Part shown: piece after piece, positions 23,806-25,243 of the stretch
Position numbering within the stretch: position 1 is the first letter of the stretch
How the letters are laid out: the number at the start of each line of letters is the position of its first letter
Source: an uncultured virus (IMG/VR IMGVR_UViG_2875455138_000005)
Taxonomy: Duplodnaviria; Heunggongvirae; Uroviricota; Caudoviricetes
Length of the DNA: 25,243 nucleotides
IMG/VR virus record: IMGVR_UViG_2875455138_000005
Span: 62,001-87,243 of that record
Direction: 5' to 3' (one strand)
Program-made: the position numbers and the translations under genes
The notes under the pieces: model-generated
Seen by the model: only the letters and a program-made list of their open reading frames with translations
Databases searched by the model: none
Told to the model about the DNA's origin: nothing

Positions 23806-24701
23806 TAATGCCGGTCGCGATGAATCATATTGCCGGCGGGGAAGGCAGCAAGGATTTCGGTGATCCGGCTAACCTTGCCCTCGGATTTACGGTGCTCGTC
23901 ATCATCGTGCTGCTTTATCGGTTTACAAAAGGATTTTTGAAATCCATTTCGATTTTAATCGGCATTGTCATCGGGACGGCCATCGCATATTTTATGGGAA
24001 AAGTGCAATTTGACAATGTGGCGAATGCTGATGCCATTCAAATGATTAAACCGTTTTACTTCGGGACGCCGACATTTCATGCGGCACCGATTATTACGAT
24101 GTCCATCGTTGCCATTGTCAGCCTTGTTGAGTCAACCGGCGTCTATTTCGCTCTCGGTGATCTGACAAACCGGCGCCTGTCTGAACGTGATTTAGCAAAA
24201 GGCTACCGTGCGGAAGGCCTGGCGGTATTCATCAGCGGCATTTTTAATGCTTTTCCGTACACGGCTTATTCCCAAAACGTCGGCCTCGTGCAGCTGACGG
24301 GAATTAAGAAAAACACGGTTATCGGTGTCACGGGCGCACTTTTAATGGTCTTCGGCCTTTTTCCGAAAATCGCAGCCTTCACGACCATCATCCCGTCTTC
24401 CGTACTGGGAGGCGCGATGGTGGCCATGTTCGGCATGGTCATTTCCTACGGCATTAAAATGCTCAGTCAAATTGACTTTAAAAAGCAGGAAAACCTTCTG
24501 ATTGTCGCGTGTTCGGTCGGATTGGGACTCGGTGTAACCGTCGTTCCCGATATGTTTAAGCACCTGCCGTCTTACTTAAATCTGCTGACCACAAACGGAA
24601 TCGTCGCCGGAAGCTTTACCGCCGTCCTTTTGAATATTATTTATAATATGATTCCTAAAACGAAAAAAACCCTTGATGTGACAAGGGTTCAAGAGGGTTA
24701 G
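23778..24701 (+). pseudogene. pbuX: 3' part of xanthine permease (NCS2 family) interrupted by the prophage
   Basis: VTIIGMTLMPVA, VESTG, KGYRAEGLA, SQNVGLVQLTG (NAT motif); N-terminal portion missing. Confidence 0.92.
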
Positions 24702-24762
24702 TTATCCGTCTTTCTTAAAAAAATAACATTTTAATAACATTTCTTTATGAAATCCCGAGATC

Positions 24763-24811
24763 GAGGATGCTTCCGAAAGTTTGCTGAACTTTTTGTGAGG
24801 CATCCTCTTTC
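24763..24811 (+). terminator. Long hairpin plus T run after pbuX
   Basis: GAGGATGCTTC...GAGGCATCCTC with inner AAAGTT/AACTTT stem. Confidence 0.55.
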
Positions 24812-24944
24812 ATTTATTATTTTCATTGTTTGAAAAGAAACAAATTGAGTGATGAGGCATCCGCCTTATTTCGGCCGAAAAACCGTCCCGGACTATATGT
24901 ACGTGAACGAGTATCTTGTGCACGGATCCTTACAAATGAGAGTG

Positions 24945-24969
24945 AAAAGAAGGGAAAGCCCCTTCTTTT
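24945..24969 (-). terminator. Terminator of the LCI-like gene
   Basis: AAAAGAAGGG-AAAGC-CCCTTCTTTT. Confidence 0.8.
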
Positions 24970-25243
24970 AATTAATCCATCCTTCAAAAGTTGCGCGATA
25001 GAACCCTTCGATTATCTCTACTTTCTTAAGGTAATATGTAACACCATTCTTAACAGTTGTATTTGGGATATCCCATCTATGAAGGTAATCCATTGTAAAA
25101 GAATCTTTGGTCGCTTGTGTCGAAATTTTTGTTTGAGTTGAGTCGCTATTTGTATGACCAGGGCTAGATGCAAAAGCAGGGGCAGCGGAAACGAGTAAAG
25201 CGAGAGACAAGGCAGAACCAGTTAAAACTTTTTTTAATTTCAT
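24968..25243 (-). CDS. Host secreted LCI-like antimicrobial peptide precursor
   Basis: Signal peptide MKLKKVLTGSALSLALLVSAAPAFA nearly matches the recalled LCI precursor leader; aromatic beta-rich C-terminal ~45 aa. Confidence 0.7.
   Translation of the reverse strand: MKLKKVLTGSALSLALLVSAAPAFASSPGHTNSDSTQTKISTQATKDSFTMDYLHRWDIPNTTVKNGVTYYLKKVEIIEGFYRATFEGWIN

Noticed and set aside
24342..25141. ORFs 24342-24563 (-) and 24830-25141 (+)
   Set aside because: Antisense to pbuX and to the LCI-like gene respectively
1..25243. CRISPR array, tRNA, rRNA, IS element, or a canonical aimR-aimP locus
   Set aside because: No regularly spaced repeats, cloverleaf, transposase, TPR receptor or signal-peptide AimP seen in this window

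Overview
Positions 1 to about 23781 are the right arm of an AT-rich, SPbeta/phi3T-like Bacillus prophage. It contains arrays of small hypothetical genes, a MazE-mimic gene (yosL-like), an uninterrupted nrdI-nrdE-nrdF-redoxin-dut cluster with two free-standing HNH endonucleases, thyA-dfrA, sspC, a yotB metallophosphoesterase, an XRE regulator, a RecU-like yotM and a probable SprB-like directionality factor. The prophage ends at an attR inside the host xanthine permease gene pbuX (3' part at 23778-24701), followed by a host LCI-like secreted peptide gene. The most notable observation is two unannotated micro-ORFs with strong ribosome-binding sites (RBS) flanking sspC. They encode signal-peptide-less arbitrium-like peptides, MPEVLYGFGRGA (18317-18355) and MSIGHGA (18697-18720), which may act as intracellular AimP mimics. 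Other points of interest: a TAAAA-N6-TTTTA palindrome marking many small-gene junctions, a halocin-C8-like bacteriocin/immunity pair, a small hydrophobic peptide gene behind a LexA-like box, and repeated candidate ATA/ATT start codons. All calls come from reading the sequence and recalled family knowledge; no searches were run.
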